From an uncultured Candidatus Peribacteria bacterium (GTDB lineage Bacteria > Patescibacteriota > Gracilibacteria > UBA4473): a stretch of DNA of 46,590 bases. How positions within the stretch are numbered: the first letter of the stretch is position 1; every line of letters begins with the position of its first letter. Both the position numbers and the translations under genes were made by a program. The stretch spans positions 1 through 46,590 of the forward strand of contig CAYFMH010000002.1 of the NCBI GenBank assembly GCA_964344165.1, written 5' to 3'. This document shows, piece after piece, positions 16,410 through 24,993 of the stretch. The notes under the pieces are model-generated. The model had not been told where the DNA came from, searched no databases, and was given only the letters and a program-made list of their open reading frames with translations.

Positions 16410-18746
16410 ATGAAAAAAACATGGTTTCGGTCAACAGTTGCTACTGCTGCTCTGGTAGCAATGTCCTTCTCTCTGCTTTCTGGCGCGTCTTTTGCTGCCA
16501 CCAATATTGATGGCAACCAAAAGTATGCAGAAGATAACACCGATGGTGGTTGGGTAAACTTAGCTCCTCTGGACGGGGAAGCAACACCAAATGACGTAGG
16601 GGTGAATGTAACTTCTACTCAGATCACTGGGAAAATGTGGTCAGAGAACTTTGGTTGGATTGAAATGAATCCTACAGTAGTATTGGGGCTTGGTGACATA
16701 GCTTGTCCTGTGGACTATCAGCTGACGAATGATGCCGATAGTAGTGGAGGCCCAACAGATGGAGATACGTGTTCGGCGGGGGTCTTTGTGTCTGATAGTG
16801 GTGGAAAAGGAATATTAAGCGGGAAAGCCTGGTCTGAACATATTGGATGGATCCGCTTTGGAGAATGGGATAGTGATCCAGACAGTGGAGTTTATATTGA
16901 TTCAGAGGGGTATTTCCATGGAGTGGCTTGGGCAGAAAACTTTGGAGCTATTGCTTTCGGAGACTACATGCTTTTGAATGCTTACTCAAATATTTATACT
17001 GATCCAACTGATGGGACTGATGCTGCCGCTGACAAAGTGGCTAACTGGGCAAAAACAACCTGGACACCGACTCCGCTTGTAAATGCTGCGCCTACGGCGA
17101 GCAATGTGGCTATTTTTGGGATACCAGCAGTGGGACAGGTTTTATCTGGAGATTATGCTTATTATGATGCTGATGGGGACACAGAAGGGATCTCGACTTT
17201 TCGTTGGTTAAGGGCTGATACAGGAGGCGGAGTTTATTCTGTGATTTCTGGAGCGACTAGTCAGACTTATACAGCGCAGGCAGTTGCCGACAAAGGAAAA
17301 TATATTAAATTTGAAGTGACGCCGGTAGCTTCTACCGGGACTATTTCTAACGGTGCCGTGATGAGTTCGGCAGTTTATGTTCAGCCGAGCGCTTCGGTGG
17401 ATGACCATTCTACGGCAGGGGCAACAGATGATTATGATGTGGGAGGAACCGAAGGTGGTACAGCAGATGCTGTAAATGGGATAGCTTCTCTTCCAGTTGG
17501 TGTGACTAATCTTTTATTTTCAAAGACACAGAATTTCAATTTATCGGCTGGACTTAAAACTGGTGTTGATAACACCACTAATGTAGGAGCTCATGCAACC
17601 TCAGTTAAAGCAGCTATCGAAGCAATTAAAGGAGGCAGTTATACGGACACAACTGACAAAGTAACGATTAATTCTGGTACAGCGGGGCAAAATGTAGTGC
17701 TAAAAAATGTAGATGATGGTCTTCTGGTTGAAATTCCAGATGGTGTCGATGTATATGGTGAAGATCTGTGGGATGGGGCTATTGAACCACCAGAAGATGT
17801 AACAAGCACCACTGCTATCTCAAATTGGTCTATAGATGGAAAAGCTGTGTCTGTAGGTGATCCAGGAAGAGTGTTGATTTTTGACGAGCTTGTGAAAATT
17901 ACACTTCCTACCGCTGCTGGACAGCCTCTCTATAGCGTAGGTGGTAGCAATTGGGTAGAAGTAACGACTGTGTGTGATGATTTAGATGCGCCAACGAATA
18001 TTACTTTCCCTGGTGAATGTTACATCCAAGCAGGAGGGACAACGATCATCCACACTTACCATGCGGCGATTTGGGCAGATGCCAATCCAACCAATACTAC
18101 TAGTGCTAATCTAACGATGACTATTGGTGATGGGGTGCTGGATGTAGATATCGTAGATGCGGATGCTGGTACGGTAGCCTCTCCGACCACAGCGATGACG
18201 GCAGTGACGACTGCGTTTGTGGATGAGACTACTGATGGGGTACTCGGATTAGCTACTCAGCAGATCTACGCTTACAATCCAACCGTAGGAAGTGCGTGGT
18301 CGGTGACTATTGCCCCTACAGATGGCCATACCAATGCCCAATGGGTGGGAGCTACTGATGTGGGAGATTCTCCTTGTGCGGCTGGTCAGACAGAAATTTC
18401 ACCAACAGATTGTCGTTATGTCATGGACTTCAATGATCCAGCAGCAGGGGCTGGACAGATGTCTATCGATCCACAAACAAATGGAGAATTGGGACTTGTG
18501 ACTCTTGACTTCAATGATGGGACATTTGGTTCAGAGGATCTTTCTGCTGGAGCAGTGAGTGGGTTGAGTTTACCAAGCGCAGTTAGCTTCGATCAAGGAT
18601 CTCCAGCTGATATCACGCTTATTAATTCTACGGCTTCTGCAGCATACCGAATCTACCGGCTTCAAAATGTTGATCTGAGTCAAGTGGTACCGGCCGGACA
18701 ACCAGCTGATAATTATAGCATTAACTTTACGCTCACGATCTCATAG
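16410..18746 (+). CDS. Large secreted/surface protein with W-S-E-N-x-G-W-I repeats and an Ig-like segment
   Basis: Signal peptide (..LLSGASFA|A). Three repeats: KMWSENFGWIEM, KAWSEHIGWIRF, VAWAENFGAIAF. Also YAYYDADGDTEGISTFRWL. The rest is T/A/G/D-rich. Confidence 0.75.
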   Translation: MKKTWFRSTVATAALVAMSFSLLSGASFAATNIDGNQKYAEDNTDGGWVNLAPLDGEATPNDVGVNVTSTQITGKMWSENFGWIEMNPTVVLGLGDIACPVDYQLTNDADSSGGPTDGDTCSAGVFVSDSGGKGILSGKAWSEHIGWIRFGEWDSDPDSGVYIDSEGYFHGVAWAENFGAIAFGDYMLLNAYSNIYTDPTDGTDAAADKVANWAKTTWTPTPLVNAAPTASNVAIFGIPAVGQVLSGDYAYYDADGDTEGISTFRWLRADTGGGVYSVISGATSQTYTAQAVADKGKYIKFEVTPVASTGTISNGAVMSSAVYVQPSASVDDHSTAGATDDYDVGGTEGGTADAVNGIASLPVGVTNLLFSKTQNFNLSAGLKTGVDNTTNVGAHATSVKAAIEAIKGGSYTDTTDKVTINSGTAGQNVVLKNVDDGLLVEIPDGVDVYGEDLWDGAIEPPEDVTSTTAISNWSIDGKAVSVGDPGRVLIFDELVKITLPTAAGQPLYSVGGSNWVEVTTVCDDLDAPTNITFPGECYIQAGGTTIIHTYHAAIWADANPTNTTSANLTMTIGDGVLDVDIVDADAGTVASPTTAMTAVTTAFVDETTDGVLGLATQQIYAYNPTVGSAWSVTIAPTDGHTNAQWVGATDVGDSPCAAGQTEISPTDCRYVMDFNDPAAGAGQMSIDPQTNGELGLVTLDFNDGTFGSEDLSAGAVSGLSLPSAVSFDQGSPADITLINSTASAAYRIYRLQNVDLSQVVPAGQPADNYSINFTLTIS

Positions 18747-18772
18747 GACAACAAATTAAAACAACGAAAAAA

Positions 18773-18798
18773 GTCCCGACTTGTCGGGGCTTTTTTTT
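18773..18798 (+). terminator. Rho-independent terminator of the 778-aa gene
   Basis: Stem gtcccga/tcggggc (7 bp including one G-U), loop cttg, then T8. Confidence 0.8.
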
Positions 18799-18849
18799 AT
18801 TATTAATGTCCCCCAAAATCCTTCTTTATTTTTTGTACTCAAAAATAAT

Positions 18850-18911
18850 AATCTCGAGTACTCGGGATGTGATTTTGGTGTGTTTCAGGTGGATCCGTCA
18901 TTTCCGCCTTC
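18850..18911. repeat. Copy A of an intergenic palindromic repeat family
   Basis: atctcgagtactcgggatgtgattttgg...ggatccg...ccgccttc aligns with 27025-27066. Confidence 0.6.
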
Positions 18912-19146
18912 ATATTTTATAGCTAACAAAATATAAAATTGCATGATCTTTTTTTCGAAGTACAAAAATTACGGTGTTTTTTTTGGCACTTCACGGTGGC
19001 TCCCTACGGTCGTCATCGTAAAAAGTGTCCTTACGACGAATATCATCCTTTTTAGTACCTCAAAATATCTAGAGGAGTTTTATGCAATTTTAAAGTTGTC
19101 CTGCTATAAAAAAGCGATCACATATTTCGGTGGACAGACGGGATGA

Positions 19147-20115
19147 CTAATTTAGTGGAAAAGTTGTCTCCATCTTTTCCAAATAATCCAAATCTTTTTG
19201 TATCCGTGCCTGTAGATCTTCGAGGATTTTTTTGTTGTTTGGTTTGAGCAGGTGTTTTGTCCTCCCCTGCATTTCCAGGAATTCTGCTAGTTTTTCTTCT
19301 GGATTTCGTGGTCGATAGTTGATCTTCCATTTGCCATCATCTACTTCATAGAGCGGCCAAAAATTAGAATCTGTTGCCAGTTGTGAAAGTACCATGCCTT
19401 TCTGCGGATCAGATTTCCAATTGGTCGGACAGACCGAAAAACAATTGATAAAAGCCGGTCCTTTCACTTCAAAAGCTCGATGAGCTTTTTTCATCAGATC
19501 AGCAAAATTCGCTGGATTGGCCTGTGCGATATATGGCACGTCATGGGCGGCCAAAATTTTGGTTAAATTTTTTCGTTTTTGGGGTTTTCCAGTGATTTCT
19601 GATCCCACAGGAGTAGTATTAGTTTTAAATCCTGCAGGCGTCGCCCCTGATCTTTGATATCCGGTATTCATGTATCCTTCATTGTCGAAGCAAATATAAA
19701 CAAAATCATGCCCTCTCTCGAGCGCGCCAGAGAGCCACTGAAATCCGATATCATATGTTGCGCCGTCTCCCCCAACGGCAAGGAATTTTATTTTTTTTTG
19801 TGTTTCATTGAGCTTCCCTCGGCGTTTCCAGGACTTCCAGGTGGATTCTACTCCAGAGATGACGCTGGCGGCGTTCTCAAAAAGAGAATGAATCCAGGGG
19901 GTCCGAAAACTGGTGTAGGGATAAGCCCCAAAACAGATCTCAGAGCATCCTGTCGCATTAGCCGTCACGATGGGATTATCGATCGTGGTGAGGGCTTGTT
20001 TCAAAATCACGGAGATTCCACATCCTGGACAAAGTCGATGTCCAGAAGCGAGTCTCTGTGGAGATTGTGAAACCACTTTGAGATTTGGGATAAAAGGTTT
20101 ATTTTTATCAGCCAT
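19147..20115 (-). CDS. porB: 2-oxoacid (pyruvate):ferredoxin oxidoreductase beta subunit
   Basis: CPGCG, TPP-binding GGDGATYDIGFQ, CFDNEGYMNTGYQ, WPLYEV tail. Confidence 0.9.
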   Translation of the reverse strand: MADKNKPFIPNLKVVSQSPQRLASGHRLCPGCGISVILKQALTTIDNPIVTANATGCSEICFGAYPYTSFRTPWIHSLFENAASVISGVESTWKSWKRRGKLNETQKKIKFLAVGGDGATYDIGFQWLSGALERGHDFVYICFDNEGYMNTGYQRSGATPAGFKTNTTPVGSEITGKPQKRKNLTKILAAHDVPYIAQANPANFADLMKKAHRAFEVKGPAFINCFSVCPTNWKSDPQKGMVLSQLATDSNFWPLYEVDDGKWKINYRPRNPEEKLAEFLEMQGRTKHLLKPNNKKILEDLQARIQKDLDYLEKMETTFPLN

Positions 20116-20156
20116 TTCGGATTCAATATAATGTATTTGTGGATTTTTAAAATCTT

Positions 20157-21941
20157 TTATTTCCCAATCACCGCTTTTATCCGTCGTACCCCCCGACTAG
20201 AGCTTTCTTCTTTTTTGATTTTAAAAGATTTAAGATTTCCAGTTCGTGCGGTGTGAGGGCCGCCGCAGATTTCTTTTGAAAATTCGCCCATGGTGAAGAC
20301 CTTCACTTGGTCTCCGTATTTACTTTCAAAAAGGCCAATCGCACCGGCTGATTTTGCCTCATCAACACTCATTTCTGCACAAGTGATTTCTGCATTCGCG
20401 GTGATAGCTTCATTGACCAGTCGTTCTACTTCTTCTTTTTGTTCTGGCGTCATTTTGTCCTCATGAGAGAAATCAAATCGGAGTCGTTCTGGTGTGATGT
20501 TTGACCCTCGTTGTTCGACGTGGTCGCCAAGCACCTTCTTTAGTGCGGCATGGAGGAGGTGGGTAGCTGTATGGAGTTTGGCTTCTTCTTCTGATCCTCC
20601 GGCGAGTCCTCCCGCAAATTTCTTTTCTGATCCAGCTCGAGATTTGGCTTGATGGGCTTCGTATGACTTTTGGAATTCCGCACCGTCGACTTTGATCCCT
20701 TTTTCGGCGGCAAGTTCTTCTGTGATCTCGAGTGGAAATCCATACGTCTCGTAGAGGAAGAAAGCCTTGTCTCCGGCGATGTGGCCTTCACATTTTTCTG
20801 CAATTTTTTCGAACTCTCGTTCTCCCGCGACAAGCGTTTTTCGGAATTGATCTTCTTCTCTGGTGAGCTCTTCGAGGATGAATTTTTCGTTGGATTTGAT
20901 CTCTGGATAGTGGGATCCAAGTTTTTTGATCGCGGCTTCGGCTATCGGGACACAGAGGTTTTTGGCTACCCCGATTTTTCGTCCATGACGAATCGCTCGA
21001 CGAAGGAGACGTCGCAAAATATATCCCTGATCCATATTTGAGGGAGAAACGTTATCTGCCAAGATTACGGTAGCACTTCGGATGTGGTCGGCGATGATCC
21101 GGGCAGAGGCATGAATGTCTGATTCTCCAATCGGATCATCCGCTACTTCAGAATGCCCAGAAATTTCCGCAATCTTTGCCAAAATATCCGTAAACGCATC
21201 GGTTTGGTAGACAGATTTCATTCCGTTGAGGATAAATACCGTTCTCTCAAGTCCCATCCCGGTGTCGATGTTTCGAGAGGGGAGTTCTTCGAGCTGTCCG
21301 GTCTCAGTTTTATTAAACTGCATGAAGACGTCATTCCAAATCTCAACCCACCGGTCATCATCGGTGGTGTCTTGAAAGCTTTCTGGGGCTGGCCCGTCAC
21401 CGGTCCAGTAGAACATTTCCGTGTCTGGACCGCACGGTCCTATCTCTCCTTTTGCCCACCAGTTGTCTTCTTTTCCTAGATAGGCGATACGATTTTTTGG
21501 CATACCGAGATCTTCCCATATTTTGGCCGATTCTTCGTCTCGTGGGGCATCGGCATCTCCGGCGAAGACCGATACGGCGAGTTTTTCAAGCGGGAGTTCG
21601 AGTGTTTTGGTCAAAAATTCAAAAGACCACGGAATCTGTTCGGCTTTGAAGTAATCTCCGAGCGACCAGTTTCCGAGCATTTCAAAAAAGGTCAGATGCG
21701 TCGCATCTCCAACTTCTTCGATGTCTCCGGTTCGGATACATTTCTGAGCATTGGCCAGACGATTACTCGCCGGATGAGGTTCTCCCATAAGGAAAGGAAC
21801 CAATGGATGCATCCCTGAGTTAATAAAAAGCGCCGTCGGGTCATTATCCGGGATGACGGCAGCACTGGGGATCACGGTGTGTTCTTGAGCTTTCCAAAAT
21901 GCAAGCCATTTTTTTCGAAGAGAGTCGGTGGTGTAATTCAT
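20157..21941 (-). CDS. alaS: Alanine--tRNA ligase, short form lacking the C-Ala domain
   Basis: FINSGMHPLVPF, HLTFFEMLGNWSLGDYFK, editing-domain HTATHLLH and CGGPH. The protein ends at 594 aa just after the editing domain. Confidence 0.92.
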   Translation of the reverse strand: MNYTTDSLRKKWLAFWKAQEHTVIPSAAVIPDNDPTALFINSGMHPLVPFLMGEPHPASNRLANAQKCIRTGDIEEVGDATHLTFFEMLGNWSLGDYFKAEQIPWSFEFLTKTLELPLEKLAVSVFAGDADAPRDEESAKIWEDLGMPKNRIAYLGKEDNWWAKGEIGPCGPDTEMFYWTGDGPAPESFQDTTDDDRWVEIWNDVFMQFNKTETGQLEELPSRNIDTGMGLERTVFILNGMKSVYQTDAFTDILAKIAEISGHSEVADDPIGESDIHASARIIADHIRSATVILADNVSPSNMDQGYILRRLLRRAIRHGRKIGVAKNLCVPIAEAAIKKLGSHYPEIKSNEKFILEELTREEDQFRKTLVAGEREFEKIAEKCEGHIAGDKAFFLYETYGFPLEITEELAAEKGIKVDGAEFQKSYEAHQAKSRAGSEKKFAGGLAGGSEEEAKLHTATHLLHAALKKVLGDHVEQRGSNITPERLRFDFSHEDKMTPEQKEEVERLVNEAITANAEITCAEMSVDEAKSAGAIGLFESKYGDQVKVFTMGEFSKEICGGPHTARTGNLKSFKIKKEESSSRGVRRIKAVIGK

Positions 21942-22040
21942 TTTGTTTTTTTAAAAAAAATCCAAATAACAAATATCAAATTCCAAACAAATTTCAATAA
22001 AGAATTTTAAAACTAAGAACTAAGAACGAAAAACTAACAA

Positions 22041-22490
22041 CTATTTATAAAATACCCGAATCGCTCGATCTCGTCCTTCTCCCTCTGAGTCAGATGTGAG
22101 CTGTGGGTATTCGGTGGCGATCCAGGAGTGGATGATTCGTCGGTAGTAGGCGCTCATTGGCGGCAATTTGGTTTCAGACAAGTTTCGTTCTTCCATCATT
22201 TTGATGTAGTCTCGGACTTTGTTGATCATTTTGTCTTCTTGGGATTTTTTGTATCCATCGACATCGAGGCTTACAAAAACTCGTTCTTCGTTTTGTTCCC
22301 AGAGGATATTTTTAAGTATTGTTTGAAGCGCTTGAAGAGAAGCTCCGTTTCGCCCGATTAGGCGGCCTGGATCTTCTGTCTCGATATTAGCTCGATAGTG
22401 GCCGTTTTCTTCAGAAACCGTGACACAGTCGTAGCTCGCTCCAAATTTGTCGAGGAGGATTTTGAGGGCTTTTTGAATAATTGTTTCCAT
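22041..22490 (-). CDS. Jag/KhpB-like RNA-binding protein (KH + R3H)
   Basis: KH GxxG motif GRLIGRNGASLQALQ. R3H-type motif LPPMSAYYRRIIHSWI. Confidence 0.8.
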   Translation of the reverse strand: METIIQKALKILLDKFGASYDCVTVSEENGHYRANIETEDPGRLIGRNGASLQALQTILKNILWEQNEERVFVSLDVDGYKKSQEDKMINKVRDYIKMMEERNLSETKLPPMSAYYRRIIHSWIATEYPQLTSDSEGEGRDRAIRVFYK

Positions 22491-22681
22491 CGAGGGTGGA
22501 GTGTATGATTTTTTGGATAATGGTCAAGCAGGCTTTGGATTTTATAAAGTTTTAACAACAAACAGTTACTAACAACCAACCAACAACAAAGGAAAATTAT
22601 TATAGAAGATGTAGTGGTTGAGTTTGTTTCTTATGTGTTTTTAATTTGCGAAAAACGTGTTTTTGGGATAAAAGGGAGGTG

Positions 22682-22954
22682 ATGACAGAAGAAAAATTAA
22701 ATCAGCTTCGGGAAAAAATAAATGAATTGGATGCCCAGATTTTAGAAATTTTAACTGAACGGATGAAATGCTCTCTCGAGGTGGGGAAAACAAAAAAAGA
22801 AATGGAAATGCCGATTTTTGATCCTCAGCGAGAGGCGGATCATCTTTCTGAATTGGTTCAGGCAGGGGCAAGAGAAGGGATTTCTGAGGTTTTCATCCGG
22901 ATGCTCTGGGCGCAGATTATGGAAGAATCACGAAGGGTTCAGAATGAACACTAA
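22682..22954 (+). CDS. Chorismate mutase (AroQ class)
   Basis: LNQLREKINELDAQILEILTERMKCSLEVGKTKKE...PIFDPQREADHL. The ATG at 22682 is preferred over the TTG at 22646. Confidence 0.85.
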   Translation: MTEEKLNQLREKINELDAQILEILTERMKCSLEVGKTKKEMEMPIFDPQREADHLSELVQAGAREGISEVFIRMLWAQIMEESRRVQNEH

Positions 22955-23058
22955 ACTTTAATTTTCAATCTTCAATTATCAATTTTCAAACAATTTCTAA
23001 TATTTAATTTTCAATTTCCAAAAACGAAAAACGAAGTTCGAATAACAAAAAACGAAAT

Positions 23059-23817
23059 ATGTTAAAAGTTAAAGATCTCCATGCCACGCATCAAGATACC
23101 GAGATTCTTCGGGGGATTGATCTGGAGGTGAATCCCGGAGAGCTACATGTGATCCTGGGACCAAATGGATCAGGGAAATCGACCTTTGGGCGGATGCTTT
23201 TGGGAGACAAAAAATTTGAGTTAAAAAAAGGAGGTATTGAATTTGAGGGAAAAAATTTGGAAGAATTATCGACGGCGGAGCGAGCGAAGTTGGGGATTTT
23301 CCTTAGTTTTCAGTCGCCTCCAGAACTGGATGGAGTGAAGGTCAAAGAATTCCTTTTTGCAGCCAAAAAATCAACCGATAAATCGACCACTTCTCAGTTT
23401 CGGTTTAAGCGAGAACTATCAGAAAAATGCACCGAAAATCGACTCGAGTCGTCGGTGGTGGAGCGAGAAGTGAACAAGGGGTTTTCTGGAGGGGAGCGAA
23501 AAAAGTTGGAAATGACCACTTTGTTAACTTTACGACCAAAGCTCGCTTTTCTCGATGAGATTGACTCGGGGGTGGATGTAGATACGGTGCGGATTCTCGC
23601 TCGGGGGATTCGGGATTTCATGGTCGATAAGTCTCGCGCGATGATCATTGTTTCTCACTCGGAGAAGATTTTGAAAGAAATTGTTCCAACACGAGTTCAT
23701 ATTTTTTGTCAGGGGAAGATTATCCGGTCAGGAGGAGCTGAGATTATTGAGAAGGTACATGTAGATGGATTTGATTCGTTTTTGCCCCAGATGGAAGGTT
23801 TTAGAGTTTTGAAATGA
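23059..23817 (+). CDS. sufC: Fe-S cluster assembly ATPase SufC
   Basis: LKVKDLHA, GPNGSGKST, FSGGERKKLEM, LAFLDEIDSGVDVD, IVSH. 252 aa. Confidence 0.93.
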   Translation: MLKVKDLHATHQDTEILRGIDLEVNPGELHVILGPNGSGKSTFGRMLLGDKKFELKKGGIEFEGKNLEELSTAERAKLGIFLSFQSPPELDGVKVKEFLFAAKKSTDKSTTSQFRFKRELSEKCTENRLESSVVEREVNKGFSGGERKKLEMTTLLTLRPKLAFLDEIDSGVDVDTVRILARGIRDFMVDKSRAMIIVSHSEKILKEIVPTRVHIFCQGKIIRSGGAEIIEKVHVDGFDSFLPQMEGFRVLK

Positions 23818-24566
23818 GTAATCCAAAAATTGATTTCTAAAATCTCTCCAAACTCGACCTCGAGAAGGCCGACGACCAGTCCTATGTGGGGAAGTATGAA
23901 AAAGGTGTCTTAAAAAACTGGTCCCAGATTTTTGGCGGGTGAAGAAGAACCATTTTGGGTGTTTGGACATCGGTTGAAAGCCCTAAAAAAAATTTCACGA
24001 AATACCCATGCCTACCTGGGGACCAGATATTGCCAGACTGGATGTGAATCAAATCTATTTTTTTTGCTTCAGCTAGTGATCGCACTTTGTCTTGTCGAAC
24101 GAAGCTTTTTAATTACTTGAAAGTCTAGCTGAGCTAGTCCAAGAAGTTAGCATTTAGGGCAGACTGAAAAAACTTGGTTTATACAAAAAGTGAATGGTTG
24201 TTCTTGTGGATCTCTGATCCCCCGAACTCGACTTGTTGGGAGAGCAAGCGGGGGCGGGGATGACAAAGCAGGGGGGATTAACAATTTAGCCCAGCTTCTC
24301 TTAGTTTTTCTCGTCTTTTTCGAGCCTTGCCCTTGTTATCACGCTTAGCAAGGGTAGATTTTTTTCGTCGTTCGTTGATCTCGTGTCCTCCATGTCGCCG
24401 GCAAGTCGATCGATTTGTCATTTTTTTAGGATAAAATTCGGACCGGAGTGTAATAAGAGTGTTTTTTTTGTCAAATACTGAAAAATAAAAATTCCGCATT
24501 CTACATTCCGCGTTCCGAATTTTTTGAAATTGGTTGACATTTATCACTTTTTTAACAAAATCTCGG
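23814..24566 (+). pseudogene. sufB: Eroded, 3'-truncated sufB pseudogene
   Basis: The ATG overlaps the sufC TGA (ATGA) and a TAA follows after 8 codons. SufB motif remnants are then scattered over three frames with in-frame stops: EEPFWVFGHRLKAL; MPTWGPDIARLDVNQIYFF (24008-24064); LFNYLKV*LS*SKKLA (24105-); SPELDLLG (24218-); GDDKAGGINN (24256-24285); PLLSRLARVDFFRRSLIS (about 24330-24383); NWLTFITFLTKSR (24528-24566). Confidence 0.75.
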
Positions 24567-24585
24567 CAATTAATTTATCCTCAAG

Positions 24586-24915
24586 ATGACTCATTCTGAC
24601 GATTTTCTCATTCAGATCCAAAAAACCGAAAAAGAAGCCGCAGACACTATCGAAAAAGCCAAATCCAAGGCCAAACAAGCAATCGAAAAGGAAAAACGAA
24701 AGCAAGAGGTGGATTTGGCAGAAACAATGAAAAAGGAGCGAACTCATTCACGAGACAAGCTCAAAGAAGCTCAGATCAAGGCTCGAAAGTTGTATGAAGA
24801 TAAAACCACAGAGGGAAAACAAAACGCTCAAAAGCTAGAAAAAGAAGCCGAGGGAAAGATAGAAAAAGTGGTACCGACGGCCGAGGTTTTCTTTTTGAAT
24901 GAGATTCTTGGATAG
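24586..24915 (+). CDS. V/A-type ATPase peripheral-stalk subunit (NtpF/AtpH-like), coiled-coil
   Basis: 109 aa, K/E/A-rich helix (IQKTEKEAADTIEKAKSKAKQAIEKEK). Sits directly upstream of subunit I, as in ntpF-ntpI operons. Confidence 0.55.
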   Translation: MTHSDDFLIQIQKTEKEAADTIEKAKSKAKQAIEKEKRKQEVDLAETMKKERTHSRDKLKEAQIKARKLYEDKTTEGKQNAQKLEKEAEGKIEKVVPTAEVFFLNEILG

Positions 24916-24993
24916 AATCTTCAATTATCAATCTTCAATTAGGAATTATGGAATTTTACTAAGAACGAAAAACTAAAAACTAACAACTAATTT

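Noticed and set aside
18943-19146. 67-aa ORF in the 350-nt spacer downstream of porB, and the 70-aa ORF at 19118-19330.
   Set aside because: Both are short, with no motif. One overlaps the porB 3' end and the spacer is repeat-containing. They were not called as genes. A pseudogene origin of the spacer could not be demonstrated by eye.
24278-24547. Minus-strand 89-aa ORF with a very basic C-terminus. I briefly considered it as a bS21-like ribosomal protein with a TTGACA-N16-TACACT promoter.
   Set aside because: It lies antisense to DNA that aligns, in order, with SufB motifs on the plus strand (DNKFAALN, ELSxYFRIN, QFERTLI remnants). The basic residues are the reverse-complement shadow of that pseudogene. 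The S21 resemblance was weak, and the candidate promoter would fall inside the longer ORF.
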